From Gemmatimonadota bacterium (GTDB lineage Bacteria > Latescibacterota > UBA2968 > UBA8231): a stretch of DNA of 64,000 bases. Position numbers and translations under genes: made by a program. Within the stretch, counting starts at the first letter, position 1. Each line of letters starts with the position of its first letter. Below the pieces are notes generated by a model that was given only the letters and a program-made list of their open reading frames with translations, made no database searches and was not told the DNA's origin. The stretch lies in assembly GCA_038128265.1 (NCBI GenBank), contig JAYPJE010000005.1, positions 1 through 64,000 on the forward strand. Direction: 5' to 3'. Positions 9,412-19,368 of this stretch are shown here, one piece after another.

Positions 9412-9460
9412 TGTGACGTATACACCCCAGTTGTAACTACGGCGAGACCCTATTCCCTCA
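9412..9460. promoter_or_regulatory. Degenerate tandem enhancer-like sites between the sigma gene and nuoA
   Basis: TGTGAC-GTATAC-ACCCCA (9412) and CGAGAC-CCTATT-CCCTCA (9443), 31 bp apart; weak right half-sites. Confidence 0.4.
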
Positions 9461-9602
9461 TGCGCAAAAATCTCAAAAGGGCTTGCCACACCCTAGATAG
9501 AATGCCTTTCTTTGGCATGAAACACGAGATCGTTGTGCCGCGAAAACACCGCGTAAGGCACTCTGGTTGTGGCACACAGCATTCACGCACTGAGAGAAGC
9601 AC

Positions 9603-9971
9603 ATGGAACCTATTTCTAATTACGCGCTCTTTGGCGGCCTGCTCGCTGCGGGCCTCGTGCTGGGCGCGCTTCCCGTCGTCCTACCGCTCTTCATCTCTCC
9701 GCGCTCGCGGGGAGATAAGACGCGCGAGATATACGAATGTGGAGTCGACACCATCGGCAGCGCATGGATCCGCTTCGACATCTCCTACTATTTATTCGCG
9801 TTGATCTTTGTTGCCTTTGAAGTGGACGTGCTCTACATCCTACCCGTAGCGCTCGTCTTTGACCGCGGCGATTACCTCTGGCGCGATCTCATTGAACTAT
9901 CACTCTTTGTGGGAATCCTCATGCTGGCCATCGTCTACGCCTGGCGCAAAGGCGTTTTGCACTGGAAATAA
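9603..9971 (+). CDS. nuoA: NADH-quinone oxidoreductase subunit A
   Basis: [28 protein letters not shown]. Confidence 0.96.
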   Translation: MEPISNYALFGGLLAAGLVLGALPVVLPLFISPRSRGDKTREIYECGVDTIGSAWIRFDISYYLFALIFVAFEVDVLYILPVALVFDRGDYLWRDLIELSLFVGILMLAIVYAWRKGVLHWK

Positions 9972-9979
9972 GGAGCTAT

Positions 9980-10510
9980 ATGGTACCCGCTGATCCGACG
10001 TCCCAGGAAACCGATGCACAGAGCGAGGAGCTGCTGCGCCAAGTCGGACCCCTGGTGCACCTCAACACGCTGGAAAACCTGCTCAACCACGCGCGCGCGC
10101 GCTCGCTGTGGCCGCTGACGTTTGGCCTGGCCTGCTGCGCCATCGAAATGATGGCGGTCGGCGCAGCGCGCTTTGACCTCGACCGCATTGGCGCCGGCGT
10201 CTTTCGCCCCAGCGCACGCCAGGCCGACGTCATGATCTTGGCCGGCACAATCTCGCGTAAAATGGCCGAGCCGATCAAGATGCTCTGGGATCAGATGCCC
10301 TCGCCCAAATGGGCCATTGCCATGGGCGGCTGCACCATAGACGGCGGTCCGTTCAAATATCCGGGCCAGTATGCCATCGTCGAGGGAGCCGATCGCATCG
10401 TTCCGGTCGACGTCTACGTGCCCGGCTGTCCGCCGCGCCCGGAAGCGCTCTACGCCGCTCTGCTCAAGCTGGGCGAGAAAATCAAAGCCGGAAAGAATTT
10501 CAAGGGATAG
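9980..10510 (+). CDS. nuoB: NADH-quinone oxidoreductase subunit B
   Basis: [30 protein letters not shown] (N2 cluster ligands). Confidence 0.97.
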   Translation: MVPADPTSQETDAQSEELLRQVGPLVHLNTLENLLNHARARSLWPLTFGLACCAIEMMAVGAARFDLDRIGAGVFRPSARQADVMILAGTISRKMAEPIKMLWDQMPSPKWAIAMGGCTIDGGPFKYPGQYAIVEGADRIVPVDVYVPGCPPRPEALYAALLKLGEKIKAGKNFKG

Positions 10511-10512
10511 CT

Positions 10513-11028
10513 ATGATCGGCGAAACGCTAAGCCAACACGAAGGTATTGACGAGTCGGCCGAATCGAACTACGCCGTCAGCGGATATCACCACAGACACC
10601 GCGCCCAACTGGACCAAATCCCGGCCATCGCCGAGCTCTTTCGCGCCGCTGGCTACTATCTAGAAATGATGACCTGCATAGACGCACGCGATATGGGAAA
10701 GGGGAAGAAGAAAGAGGGCGAAGAGGAGAGCGACGACGCACAGCCGACCGGTTCGCTGCGGCTAGCCTACCAGTTTAATCGCCCCGGCGACGCCGACCGC
10801 CACCTGCTCTGCGCCGACCTCGCGCCCGACCACAGCGCGCCGAGCATCGTCGCAGTCTTTGCCGGAGCCAATTGGCACGAACGCGAGATCTTCGATATGT
10901 ACGGCGTGTCGTTTGCCGACCATCCCGACCTGCGGCGCCTGCTGATGCCCGACGACTACAGCGGACATCCCTTGCTAAAGGACTTTGCCGACGTAGATCC
11001 GCACCGCGAGGAGATGGCCAGTGACTGA
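10513..11028 (+). CDS. nuoC: NADH-quinone oxidoreductase subunit C
   Basis: [40 protein letters not shown]. Start reassigned to the ATG at 10513. Confidence 0.93.
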   Translation: MIGETLSQHEGIDESAESNYAVSGYHHRHRAQLDQIPAIAELFRAAGYYLEMMTCIDARDMGKGKKKEGEEESDDAQPTGSLRLAYQFNRPGDADRHLLCADLAPDHSAPSIVAVFAGANWHEREIFDMYGVSFADHPDLRRLLMPDDYSGHPLLKDFADVDPHREEMASD

Positions 11029-12145
11029 TACAATCGAGCTCGTCGCACAGGACCGCGACACGTACTATATGAATATGGGACCGCAGCACCCATCGACGCA
11101 CGGCGTGCTGCGCCTGGTGTTGCACCTCGATGGCGAAACGATCATCGAAGCGGATCCCGTCATCGGCTACGGCCATCGCGCGCACGAGAAAATGGCCGAA
11201 AACCGCGACTACACGCAGTTTCTGCCCAATACCAGCCGAATCGATTATCTATCGGGCATGATCTACAATTTGGCCTACTGCCAAGCCGTAGAAAAAATGC
11301 TCGAAATAGACGTCCCCGAACGCGCGCAGTACATCCGCATTATCGCCGGGGAGCTCAACCGCATTTCCAGCCATCTGCTGTGGCTGGGCACCTACCTGCT
11401 CGACCTAGGGGGTATTACGCCCTTTCTCTACGGCTTTGACGACCGCGAGAAGATTCTCGACATACTCGATCGCATAACCGGTTCGCGTCTGACCTACAGC
11501 TACGGCCGCTTTGGCGGCGTCGTGATGGACGTTGACGAACCTTTTCTGCGCCAGACCGCCGACTTTATCGCGTATTTTGAAGAACGCCTCGTCCTCTTTG
11601 AAGAACTGGTCATCGGCAACGTCATCTTCCAAGAGCGAACGCAGGGCGTGGGAGCGTTCCCCAAACACGTTATTGAGCAATATGGCCTCTCCGGCCCCTG
11701 CCTGCGCGCCATGGGCGTTGCCCGCGACGTCCGCAAAGAAGAACCCTACGGCATCTACGAACAGCTCGAGTTTAGCGTGCCAACGCGGACCGAGGGTGAC
11801 TGTTTTGCCCGCAGCCTCGTTCGCATGGATGAGATGCGCCAGAGTCTGCACCTGATCGAACAGGCACTGCGCGACATACCCGACGGCCCGTTTATGGCCG
11901 CCAAGGTGCCCAAGCGCCTGCGCCCACCCGAAGGCGAGTACTGCTTCGCCGTAGAGTCGGCGCGCGGTCGCTACCAACACATCATCGTCAGCGACGGCTC
12001 CGACGTACCGCTGCGCCACAAACTTACAACGCCCTCTTTTGTAAATATTTCCGCCATGTGCGAGGTAATGCCGGGCACCATGCTATCCGATGCGGTCGCC
12101 ATACTCGGCAGCATCGATATCGTCGTACCGGAAATCGATCGGTAA
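11021..12145 (+). CDS. nuoD: NADH-quinone oxidoreductase subunit D
   Basis: [31 protein letters not shown]-terminal [11 protein letters not shown]; no NiFe-binding CxxC pairs. Confidence 0.96.
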   Translation: MTDTIELVAQDRDTYYMNMGPQHPSTHGVLRLVLHLDGETIIEADPVIGYGHRAHEKMAENRDYTQFLPNTSRIDYLSGMIYNLAYCQAVEKMLEIDVPERAQYIRIIAGELNRISSHLLWLGTYLLDLGGITPFLYGFDDREKILDILDRITGSRLTYSYGRFGGVVMDVDEPFLRQTADFIAYFEERLVLFEELVIGNVIFQERTQGVGAFPKHVIEQYGLSGPCLRAMGVARDVRKEEPYGIYEQLEFSVPTRTEGDCFARSLVRMDEMRQSLHLIEQALRDIPDGPFMAAKVPKRLRPPEGEYCFAVESARGRYQHIIVSDGSDVPLRHKLTTPSFVNISAMCEVMPGTMLSDAVAILGSIDIVVPEIDR

Positions 12146-12148
12146 GAG

Positions 12149-13126
12149 ATGGAACGAAACCTAGCTGCAATACTCGAAAGTTCCTGGCTGGCCATTCCCG
12201 CCGCCATCGCCGCCATCATGGGCTATCTAACCGTCAACGCCATGATGCTCATCTGGTTAGAGCGCAAGCTGTCGGCGCGCATACAGCGCCGCCTCGGCCC
12301 CACGGAGCACGGACCTTTTGGCCTGCTGCAATCGGTAGCCGATATGGGCAAGCTCATCAGCAAAGAGCTGCTGACGCCCGACCACGTAAACCGACCGCTC
12401 TACTTGGCCGCGCCGGTGCTGGTTTTCATGCCCGTCGTCGCCCTGTGTTCGCTCTTTCCCATCTCGAGCGAATGGGTATTTCACGATTTTGATGCGGCAC
12501 TCGTCCTGTTATTGGCTATCAGCAGTATCAATATCGTCGGCATCTTTATTGCCGGTTGGGGATCGAATAACAAGTACGCGCTGCTTGGCGCCGTGCGGTC
12601 CGTTGCCCAGAATATCTCCTACGAGATCCCGCTTATACTATCGGTCATTCCCATCGTGCTAATGACCGGCTCGCTCAGCCTCTACGACATTACGGCCGCA
12701 CAGACGACCTACCCCTTTCTACTAGTTCAGCCCATTGCCGCCATCATATTTATTATCGCCGCCACCGCCGAAACCAACCGCGCGCCTTTTGACATACCCG
12801 AGGCCGAGTCTGAACTCGTCGCCGGTTTTCACACGGAGTACTCCGGCATGCGCTTCGCGCTGTTCTTTTTTGCCGAGTACTCCAACATGATTATTGTCTG
12901 CGCGCTGGCGACCGTGCTGTTTCTAGGCGGCTGGCGCGGCCCGTTCCTACCCGGCTTTGTATGGTTTTTCATAAAGGTCTACGCGCTGATCGTGCTAATG
13001 ATGTGGTTCCGCTGGACCTTTCCACGCCTGCGCTTCGATCAGCTCATGAGCTTTGCATGGATTGTGCTCGTTCCGCTCTCCATCATCAATTTGCTGCTCA
13101 CGACTGTCGTGATGAAACTGTTTTAG
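12149..13126 (+). CDS. nuoH: NADH-quinone oxidoreductase subunit H
   Basis: WLERKLSARIQRRLGP, AETNRAPFDIPEAESELVAGFHTEYSG, PRLRFDQLM. Confidence 0.97.
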   Translation: MERNLAAILESSWLAIPAAIAAIMGYLTVNAMMLIWLERKLSARIQRRLGPTEHGPFGLLQSVADMGKLISKELLTPDHVNRPLYLAAPVLVFMPVVALCSLFPISSEWVFHDFDAALVLLLAISSINIVGIFIAGWGSNNKYALLGAVRSVAQNISYEIPLILSVIPIVLMTGSLSLYDITAAQTTYPFLLVQPIAAIIFIIAATAETNRAPFDIPEAESELVAGFHTEYSGMRFALFFFAEYSNMIIVCALATVLFLGGWRGPFLPGFVWFFIKVYALIVLMMWFRWTFPRLRFDQLMSFAWIVLVPLSIINLLLTTVVMKLF

Positions 13127-13141
13127 AGACGAGAGATCGCC

Positions 13142-13720
13142 ATGCCCCTACTCAGAGACATCTACGCCGGTGCTGCTTCGCTGCTGGTCGGCATGAAAGT
13201 CACCGTGCAGAATTTTCTCCAGCCGCCCGTCACATCGGAGTATCCCAAAGAGCGCCTGGAGATGACGGAAGCCTACCGCAACGTCATCGTGCTCATCGAA
13301 AAAGAGGATATACAGTCGCACGACTGCATCGCCTGCAAGGCCTGCGAACGCGTGTGCCCGTCGTTTTGCATTCACCTCGACGGCGGACGGCCAGAGGGAC
13401 TCAAGCGCCAGCGCGTCACCGAATTTACCGTCGACTTTGCCCTGTGCAGCGAGTGCGGGCTCTGTCTCGACGTATGCCCAACCGATACGCTGGGCTACAG
13501 CCGCAGCTACGATGAAACCGGCTATTCGCGCAAGGACTTTATCTACGACCTGCTCGATCCCTGGCGCGATGAGGAGGAGGCGACGATTGAACGCCTGCGC
13601 GAAGCAGAGGCCAAGGCGGCCGCAGAAAAAGCCGCCGCCGTAGAAGCGCGCAAAAAAGCGGCTGCGGCCAAGGCTGCCAGTGAGGACAGCGCCGAAAGAG
13701 CGGAGGAGCAAGATGGTTGA
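13142..13720 (+). CDS. nuoI: NADH-quinone oxidoreductase subunit I
   Basis: Two 4Fe-4S motifs CIACKACERVCP and CSECGLCLDVCP; Ala/Lys/Glu-rich C-terminal tail. Confidence 0.94.
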   Translation: MPLLRDIYAGAASLLVGMKVTVQNFLQPPVTSEYPKERLEMTEAYRNVIVLIEKEDIQSHDCIACKACERVCPSFCIHLDGGRPEGLKRQRVTEFTVDFALCSECGLCLDVCPTDTLGYSRSYDETGYSRKDFIYDLLDPWRDEEEATIERLREAEAKAAAEKAAAVEARKKAAAAKAASEDSAERAEEQDG

Positions 13721-14219
13721 ACATGCGGTCCTCTATCTATTTGCAGGTTTAGTGCTTCTCGGAGGACTGCTGGCCGCCTTTGCCGGTCAGGTGCTCTACG
13801 CCATCATTGGCCTCGGCGTCGCTCTGCTCGGACTATCAGGCGTATTTCTCTTTCTCGGCAGCCCGTTTGTCGCCGCCATGCAGCTGCTCATTTACATCGG
13901 CGGCATCACCGTAGCCATCGTCTTTGCCATGATGCTGTCGATCTCCATGGCCGTGCGTCCGCCGCAAAATCACAGGGGTAAGTCGGCGCTGGCCGTCGTC
14001 GCTGGTGCGCTCTTTTTCGCCGCGGTCTTTGTTGCCATGCGCGGTGCCGAATTCCCCGTGCCCACCGGCGCACTACCCGCCGATGCCTGGGCGATTAGCC
14101 GCATCGGCCACCTGCTGCTCAACGCCTATAACGTCGTTTTTGAAACGCTGTCCGTCGTGCTCTTATTGGCTATTGTCGGCGCGATCCTGATCGCGCGCAG
14201 AGAGAGAAAGGCTGCATGA
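13713..14219 (+). CDS. nuoJ: NADH-quinone oxidoreductase subunit J
   Basis: FVAAMQLLIYIGGI, YNVVFETLSVVLLLAIVGAI. Start at 13713. Confidence 0.94.
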   Translation: MVEHAVLYLFAGLVLLGGLLAAFAGQVLYAIIGLGVALLGLSGVFLFLGSPFVAAMQLLIYIGGITVAIVFAMMLSISMAVRPPQNHRGKSALAVVAGALFFAAVFVAMRGAEFPVPTGALPADAWAISRIGHLLLNAYNVVFETLSVVLLLAIVGAILIARRERKAA

Positions 14220-14521
14220 CACTCGAATCCTATCTGGTGCTAGGCCTCGCGCTCTTTTCGCTTGGACTGGTAGCTGCCCTGTCGCAGCGCAACCTCATCG
14301 CCGTGCTCATCGGCGTCGAGCTAATGATGAACGCGGCCAGCCTCAACTTTATGGCCTTTAATCGCTACGTGGTTCAAGACCCGGCCGTCGGCCAGGTCTT
14401 CGTGCTTATCATCATTGGACTGGCAGCAGCAGAGGTCGCCATCTTTCTTTCGATCATCCTGCGCCTCTACCGCCAGCGCCGCGAAATCGACTCCGAACAC
14501 ATCACAACGCTAAAGGGATAG
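14216..14521 (+). CDS. nuoK: NADH-quinone oxidoreductase subunit K
   Basis: RNLIAVLIGVELMMNAA, GQVF, AAAEVAI. Confidence 0.96.
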   Translation: MTLESYLVLGLALFSLGLVAALSQRNLIAVLIGVELMMNAASLNFMAFNRYVVQDPAVGQVFVLIIIGLAAAEVAIFLSIILRLYRQRREIDSEHITTLKG

Positions 14522-14523
14522 CC

Positions 14524-16359
14524 GTGGATACGCTCACACTCGCCCTTCTGGCCACTCTCTCGCCGCTGCCCGCTTTTTTTATTGCGCTGATTTTTCTCAA
14601 CGGCCAGCCGCGGCTGGCGCAGTCGGTCTCTATCGCAGGCGCAGCACTGGCGCTGCTGGGCAGCACCGGCCTGCTGCTGCAGGGGCCGGCCGAACCGCTG
14701 CGCTTTGCGTGGTTTACCAGCGGACAAATCCACCTACAATTCGGCTTTCTGCTCGACGGCATCAGCCTGATGTTCGGCGTGGCCGTGGCGCTCATTACGC
14801 TCTGCATCATGGTCTATTCGCTCGGTTATATGGCCAACGATCCAGGCCGCGCGCGCTACTTTGCCATGCTCTCGCTCTTTGCTTGGGCCATGCTCAGCTT
14901 TGTCTACGCCGTCGACCTGCTGCAGTCGTTTATTTTTTGGGAGCTGGTCGGACTCGCATCGTTTTTTCTCATTGGCTTTTGGTATGAGAAGCCCGAGGCC
15001 AGCGCCGCTGCTCGCAAAGCCTTTCTCATGACGCGCATTGGCGATGGCGGCCTCTTTATCGGCATCCTGATGATTCTGCCCCTAACCAATAGCTTTGATC
15101 TGCCCGCGCTCCTCGATCCGGAGACGGGGCTGGCCAAACTGGCCGGACCGGCACTCAGCACGATCACGCTATTGATCTTTATGGGCATCGTCGGCAAGAG
15201 CGCCCAATTTCCGCTGCACACCTGGCTGCCCGACGCCATGGAAGGGCCCACGCCCGTCAGCGCGCTGCTGCACTCGGCGACGATGGTAGCAGCCGGCGTC
15301 TACCTGATGGCGCGCCTGCACCCGCTCTTTATGGCCGCTCCTACGGCACTCAACGTCGTGCTCGGCCTAGCGGCCTTTACCGCGCTGTTCTCGGCGACCA
15401 TTGCCATGGTGGCCACCGACATCAAAAAGGTATTGGCCTATTCATCGATCAGCCAGCTCGGCTTTATGCTGATGGGCCTGGCCGCCGGCAGCCTCTTTGC
15501 CGGCGTGTTTCACCTGATTACGCACGCCGTTTTTAAAGCCCTGCTCTTCCTCTGCTCTGGTGTATACATACACCACTTTGCCACCAACGATATGCGGGAA
15601 ATCGGTCGGCGCGGCGGGCGCTCGCTTGGGCTGACGACGCTGGCCCTGGCCATTGGCTCGGGCGCGCTAGCCGGCGTACCGCCACTGGCAGGCTTTTTCT
15701 CCAAGGAGGAGATCTTCGCCGCCCTGGGCCACGACGGCGCCACGCTTTTTTCCATCGCGGCCCTGCTGGCCGCTTTTCTAACAGCCTACTACACGGCGCG
15801 CATGCTGTTCCTGATTGTCCTGCCCGACCGAGTCGAAGCGGTGCACGACGGCGATCATCACCACGGTCCGGCCCAGCCAGCCGTCATGATGGCACCCATC
15901 ATTCTGCTGGCTGCCGGCGCCGTTGTCCTCGGCCTGTACGGTGCACCTATCGCCGCGCAGCTAGGGGTCGCGCCTGCACAGCACGACCTGGCCTCTATGA
16001 TGCCGGCCATCGGCGCAGTGCTGTTCGGCATCGCCATCGCCTACTTTGATTTCGGCCGCAAGGGCGCGGCGCGACGCGGCTTTATCGCCGCCGTGCCCGC
16101 GCTGCACACGCTCTTTGCCAATCGCTGGTACATCGACGAGATCTACCGCGCAGTTTTCGTCCGGCTCAACGACGCGCTATCGGCGCTGCTCTTTGCCGTT
16201 GAATCGCGCTTTTTTGACGACGGTTTTGACCAAGTGGGACACGGCACCGTCCGCGCCGGCGGCAGCGCGTCGCGCCTGCAAAACGGCTGGGTGCAATTCT
16301 ACGCTGGAGCGACGATCGTGCTGGTGGGACTGGCCGCGCTCTATATCGGACTGCGCTGA
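14524..16359 (+). CDS. nuoL: NADH-quinone oxidoreductase subunit L
   Basis: WELVGLASFFLIGFW, GKSAQFPLHTWLPDAMEGPTPVSALLHSATMV. Confidence 0.96.
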   Translation: MDTLTLALLATLSPLPAFFIALIFLNGQPRLAQSVSIAGAALALLGSTGLLLQGPAEPLRFAWFTSGQIHLQFGFLLDGISLMFGVAVALITLCIMVYSLGYMANDPGRARYFAMLSLFAWAMLSFVYAVDLLQSFIFWELVGLASFFLIGFWYEKPEASAAARKAFLMTRIGDGGLFIGILMILPLTNSFDLPALLDPETGLAKLAGPALSTITLLIFMGIVGKSAQFPLHTWLPDAMEGPTPVSALLHSATMVAAGVYLMARLHPLFMAAPTALNVVLGLAAFTALFSATIAMVATDIKKVLAYSSISQLGFMLMGLAAGSLFAGVFHLITHAVFKALLFLCSGVYIHHFATNDMREIGRRGGRSLGLTTLALAIGSGALAGVPPLAGFFSKEEIFAALGHDGATLFSIAALLAAFLTAYYTARMLFLIVLPDRVEAVHDGDHHHGPAQPAVMMAPIILLAAGAVVLGLYGAPIAAQLGVAPAQHDLASMMPAIGAVLFGIAIAYFDFGRKGAARRGFIAAVPALHTLFANRWYIDEIYRAVFVRLNDALSALLFAVESRFFDDGFDQVGHGTVRAGGSASRLQNGWVQFYAGATIVLVGLAALYIGLR

Positions 16360-16371
16360 GAAAGGATCGAC

Positions 16372-17844
16372 ATGCCGCTTCTGAGCTATATACTACTCGT
16401 TCCCACGCTCACGCTTGGCATTTTGCTACTCGTGCCGGCGCGCGCAGTAACGGCGATTCGCTGGCTATGTGCGCTGAGTGGACTGGTGGCCAGTGCGCTC
16501 AGTCTGCAGCTATTCTTTTCTTACGACAGCGCCGACGGTGGGCTGCAATTTATCGAGCGCATTCCCTGGGTCGACGGCGTTGGTATCGCCTACCACCTAG
16601 CCGTCGACGGCTTTGGCACCGTGCTCATCCTGCTAAACTCGATCGTCTACTTCACCGGCGTGTTGACGATGTGGGACCTGGAACACCGCGTCAAAGAATA
16701 CTTCGCCTTTATGGTCCTATTGGTCGTCGGCGTCTACGGCGTATTTATGTCGCAGGACCTATTCTTTCTCTTTTTCTTCTACGAAATCGCCGTGGTGCCG
16801 ATGTATCCCCTGATCCTAATCTGGGGCAGCGGTAACAAGGACTATGCGGCGATGAAGCTCATGGTATTTCTTCTGGCCGGCAGCGCCCTACTATTTCCCG
16901 GGCTGCTGGCCATCTACCACGAAGCGGGCATGCGTACTTTTGATATGGTCGCCCTCGCCTCGCACGCCTTTGACCCTGATTTCCAGGTGTTCTGCTATCC
17001 GTTTATCTACCTCGGCTTTGGCGTGCTGGCCGGTATGTTTCCCTTTCACGGTTGGTCGCCCACCGGACACGTTGCTGCCCCCTCGGCCGTATCGATGCTA
17101 CATGCCGGCGTGCTGATGAAGCTAGGGGCTTTTGGCGTGCTGGTCGTCGGCATGCGCCTGCTGCCCGCAGGGGCGGTCTACTGGGCCCCGACCTTTGCCA
17201 CGCTAGCGGCCATCGGCATTATCTACGGCGCCTTTGTCGCCATGCGGCAGAGCGATTTTAAATTTGTCATCGGCTTTTCCTCCGTTTCACACATGGGCGT
17301 AGTGCTGCTCGGACTCAACCTAGCCGCTCTCGGCAAGGCAGGTGCCGATGCACTCAACGGCGCCGTATTCCAAATGTTTGCGCACGGCGTGATGACCGCA
17401 CTGTTCTTTAGCACCGTCGGCTTTATCTACGACCGCGCCCACTCAAAAACGCTGGCCGATTTTGGCGGTTTAGGCTCGCAAATGCCGCGCGCCGTTTCGC
17501 TATTTATCGTCGCCGGACTGTGCGGCGCCGGCTTGCCGGGTCTAGCTAGCTTTTGGCCAGAGATGCTCGTATTTCTCGCGGCGCTGGAGACCTACCCCGT
17601 CATCGGAGTAGCCATCATTGGCGGATTGGTTCTGACCGCCGTGTATATCTTGCGCGTATTTGCCCTCGCCTTTTACGGGCCGCCCAATCCGCGCTGGGAT
17701 GGGCTGCGCTCGCAGGACATGCGCGGCATGCAGCTACTGCCGCGCGCTATTCTCGTCGCGGTGCTCGTATTTTTCGGCTTCTATCCCAACGCCATGCTCA
17801 ACGCCATAAACCAAACGACCGCTGCGCTCTTGGGAAGGTTCTAA
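16372..17844 (+). CDS. nuoM: NADH-quinone oxidoreductase subunit M
   Basis: FPFHGWSPTGHVAAP, AGVLMKLGAFG, FSSVSHMG, FQMFAHG. Confidence 0.95.
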   Translation: MPLLSYILLVPTLTLGILLLVPARAVTAIRWLCALSGLVASALSLQLFFSYDSADGGLQFIERIPWVDGVGIAYHLAVDGFGTVLILLNSIVYFTGVLTMWDLEHRVKEYFAFMVLLVVGVYGVFMSQDLFFLFFFYEIAVVPMYPLILIWGSGNKDYAAMKLMVFLLAGSALLFPGLLAIYHEAGMRTFDMVALASHAFDPDFQVFCYPFIYLGFGVLAGMFPFHGWSPTGHVAAPSAVSMLHAGVLMKLGAFGVLVVGMRLLPAGAVYWAPTFATLAAIGIIYGAFVAMRQSDFKFVIGFSSVSHMGVVLLGLNLAALGKAGADALNGAVFQMFAHGVMTALFFSTVGFIYDRAHSKTLADFGGLGSQMPRAVSLFIVAGLCGAGLPGLASFWPEMLVFLAALETYPVIGVAIIGGLVLTAVYILRVFALAFYGPPNPRWDGLRSQDMRGMQLLPRAILVAVLVFFGFYPNAMLNAINQTTAALLGRF

Positions 17845-17845
17845 T

Positions 17846-19258
17846 ATGTCTGATGCCCTGCTCTTTGCGCCCGAACTGGCGCTGATCATCACGGGCCTGG
17901 CGCTCTTTGCCTGCCCGATATTCGAGTCGCGCTACCGCACGGCGTGGCTATTGGCGCTGCTCGGCGCGGCGCTCTCTTTACTTGCGGCTCTTTGGACCTT
18001 CGGCGCGAACGGTCAGCCTTTCGCGCAGGGCATTTATCGCGTCGACTTCTTTTCGCAGTTTGCCAAAGCGGCCTTGGCGCTGGGCTTTCTACTCGTCGTG
18101 GCCGCGAGCAGGCGCCCCGAAACGTTGGATCGCAACGCGTGGGTCGAGTTTCCCATGTTTCTGCTCTTTGCCACCCTAGGCGCTATGATGATGATCAGCG
18201 CCACTGAACTGCTCACTCTCTACATTGCCATGGAGCTGGCCGCTTATCCGCTCTACATAGGCGTTGCGCTGCATCGCAGTGCGGAAAGCGGCGGTGAGTC
18301 ATCGACCAAATACATGGTGCAGGGCATGATCGCTTCGGCCGTTTCGCTCTACGGCATGTCCTTTCTCTACGGAGTGTTTGGCTCCACCTATTTCAGCGAG
18401 TTCGCCCGGCAATTGCCGGCGGCCGCCGGCCAACCCCTGCTCTGGGTTGGGGTCGCGCTGCTGATGGCCGGCTTTCTCTTTAAGCTCGGCGCCTTTCCCT
18501 TTCACTTCTGGGCTCCCGATACGTATCAGGCCGCACCGCACGAAGTCGTTACCTACTTAGCCACCGTATCAAAAGTCGCCGCCATCGCGCTCCTATGCCG
18601 CCTGACGGCACTGATGACAGACGGGCAGATAACGACCATCCTCATGTGGCTCAGCATCGCCGCAATGACCTTGGGCAACTTTGCCGCACTGGTGCAAAAC
18701 GACGTTAAGCGACTGTTGGGCTACTCGGCTATTGCCCATGCGGGCTACGTGCTCATCGGCATACAGACCGGCGCCCAATTGGGCTTTAGCTCGGCGCTAT
18801 TCTACGCGCTGGGCTATCTCATTATGTCCTTTGCGTGCTTTATCGTCCTCTGCGAGGTGGGGCGCGACAGCGATGCCATTACTATCGATTCGCTCAAGGG
18901 CCTTCACCGCCGCTCCCCGCTGCTGGCCGCAACGCTGATGATCGGTCTCTTTGGCCTGATCGGCCTTCCACCCACCGTGGGCTTTATAGGCAAGTGGTTT
19001 CTCTTTTCCGCCGCGCTAGAAGGGGGCCAATTTGGCCTGGTCTTAGTCGCCGCCATCAACAGCGTAGTCGCCCTCTACTACTACCTAATTGTGCTGCGCG
19101 CAGCCTACTTGGAGGATGCCCCCGACGCACCCCCCGTCGAGGTCGGTCCCTTTGTGCGCCTAACGGCGCTGGCTTCCATGGCGCTGGTGCTAGCCTTGGG
19201 GACCTTCCCCGGTCGCTTTTGGGACATGGCCGCCCGCGCGGCAGAAGCGCTCGGATAG
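17846..19258 (+). CDS. nuoN: NADH-quinone oxidoreductase subunit N
   Basis: FKLGAFPFHFWAPDTYQ, KRLLGYSAIAHAGY, GLPPTVGFIGKW. Confidence 0.96.
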   Translation: MSDALLFAPELALIITGLALFACPIFESRYRTAWLLALLGAALSLLAALWTFGANGQPFAQGIYRVDFFSQFAKAALALGFLLVVAASRRPETLDRNAWVEFPMFLLFATLGAMMMISATELLTLYIAMELAAYPLYIGVALHRSAESGGESSTKYMVQGMIASAVSLYGMSFLYGVFGSTYFSEFARQLPAAAGQPLLWVGVALLMAGFLFKLGAFPFHFWAPDTYQAAPHEVVTYLATVSKVAAIALLCRLTALMTDGQITTILMWLSIAAMTLGNFAALVQNDVKRLLGYSAIAHAGYVLIGIQTGAQLGFSSALFYALGYLIMSFACFIVLCEVGRDSDAITIDSLKGLHRRSPLLAATLMIGLFGLIGLPPTVGFIGKWFLFSAALEGGQFGLVLVAAINSVVALYYYLIVLRAAYLEDAPDAPPVEVGPFVRLTALASMALVLALGTFPGRFWDMAARAAEALG

Positions 19259-19301
19259 CGCCGATCGCTCCGCTCACATCGGCAGGCGATCTGACTAACG
19301 C

Positions 19302-19341
19302 AAAAAGCGCCCGTGGGCCTCTCGGCCCACGCGGCGCTTTT
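19302..19341. terminator. Bidirectional terminator between nuoN and the NtrC-type gene
   Basis: AAAAAGCGCCCGTGGGCC-TCTC-GGCCCACGCGGCGCTTTT. Confidence 0.85.
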
Positions 19342-19368
19342 GCACATACGACACTACAGCGGAGCCCC

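Noticed and set aside
9556..9570. AGGCACTCTGGTTGT (and TGGCACTCGCATTGT at 9400) as sigma54 promoters for nuo
   Set aside because: The -12 position reads GT rather than the conserved GC, so it is kept only as a speculation.
9980..12145. Group 4 NiFe hydrogenase interpretation of nuoB/nuoD
   Set aside because: The large subunit lacks both CxxC metal-binding motifs and retains the quinone-site residues.
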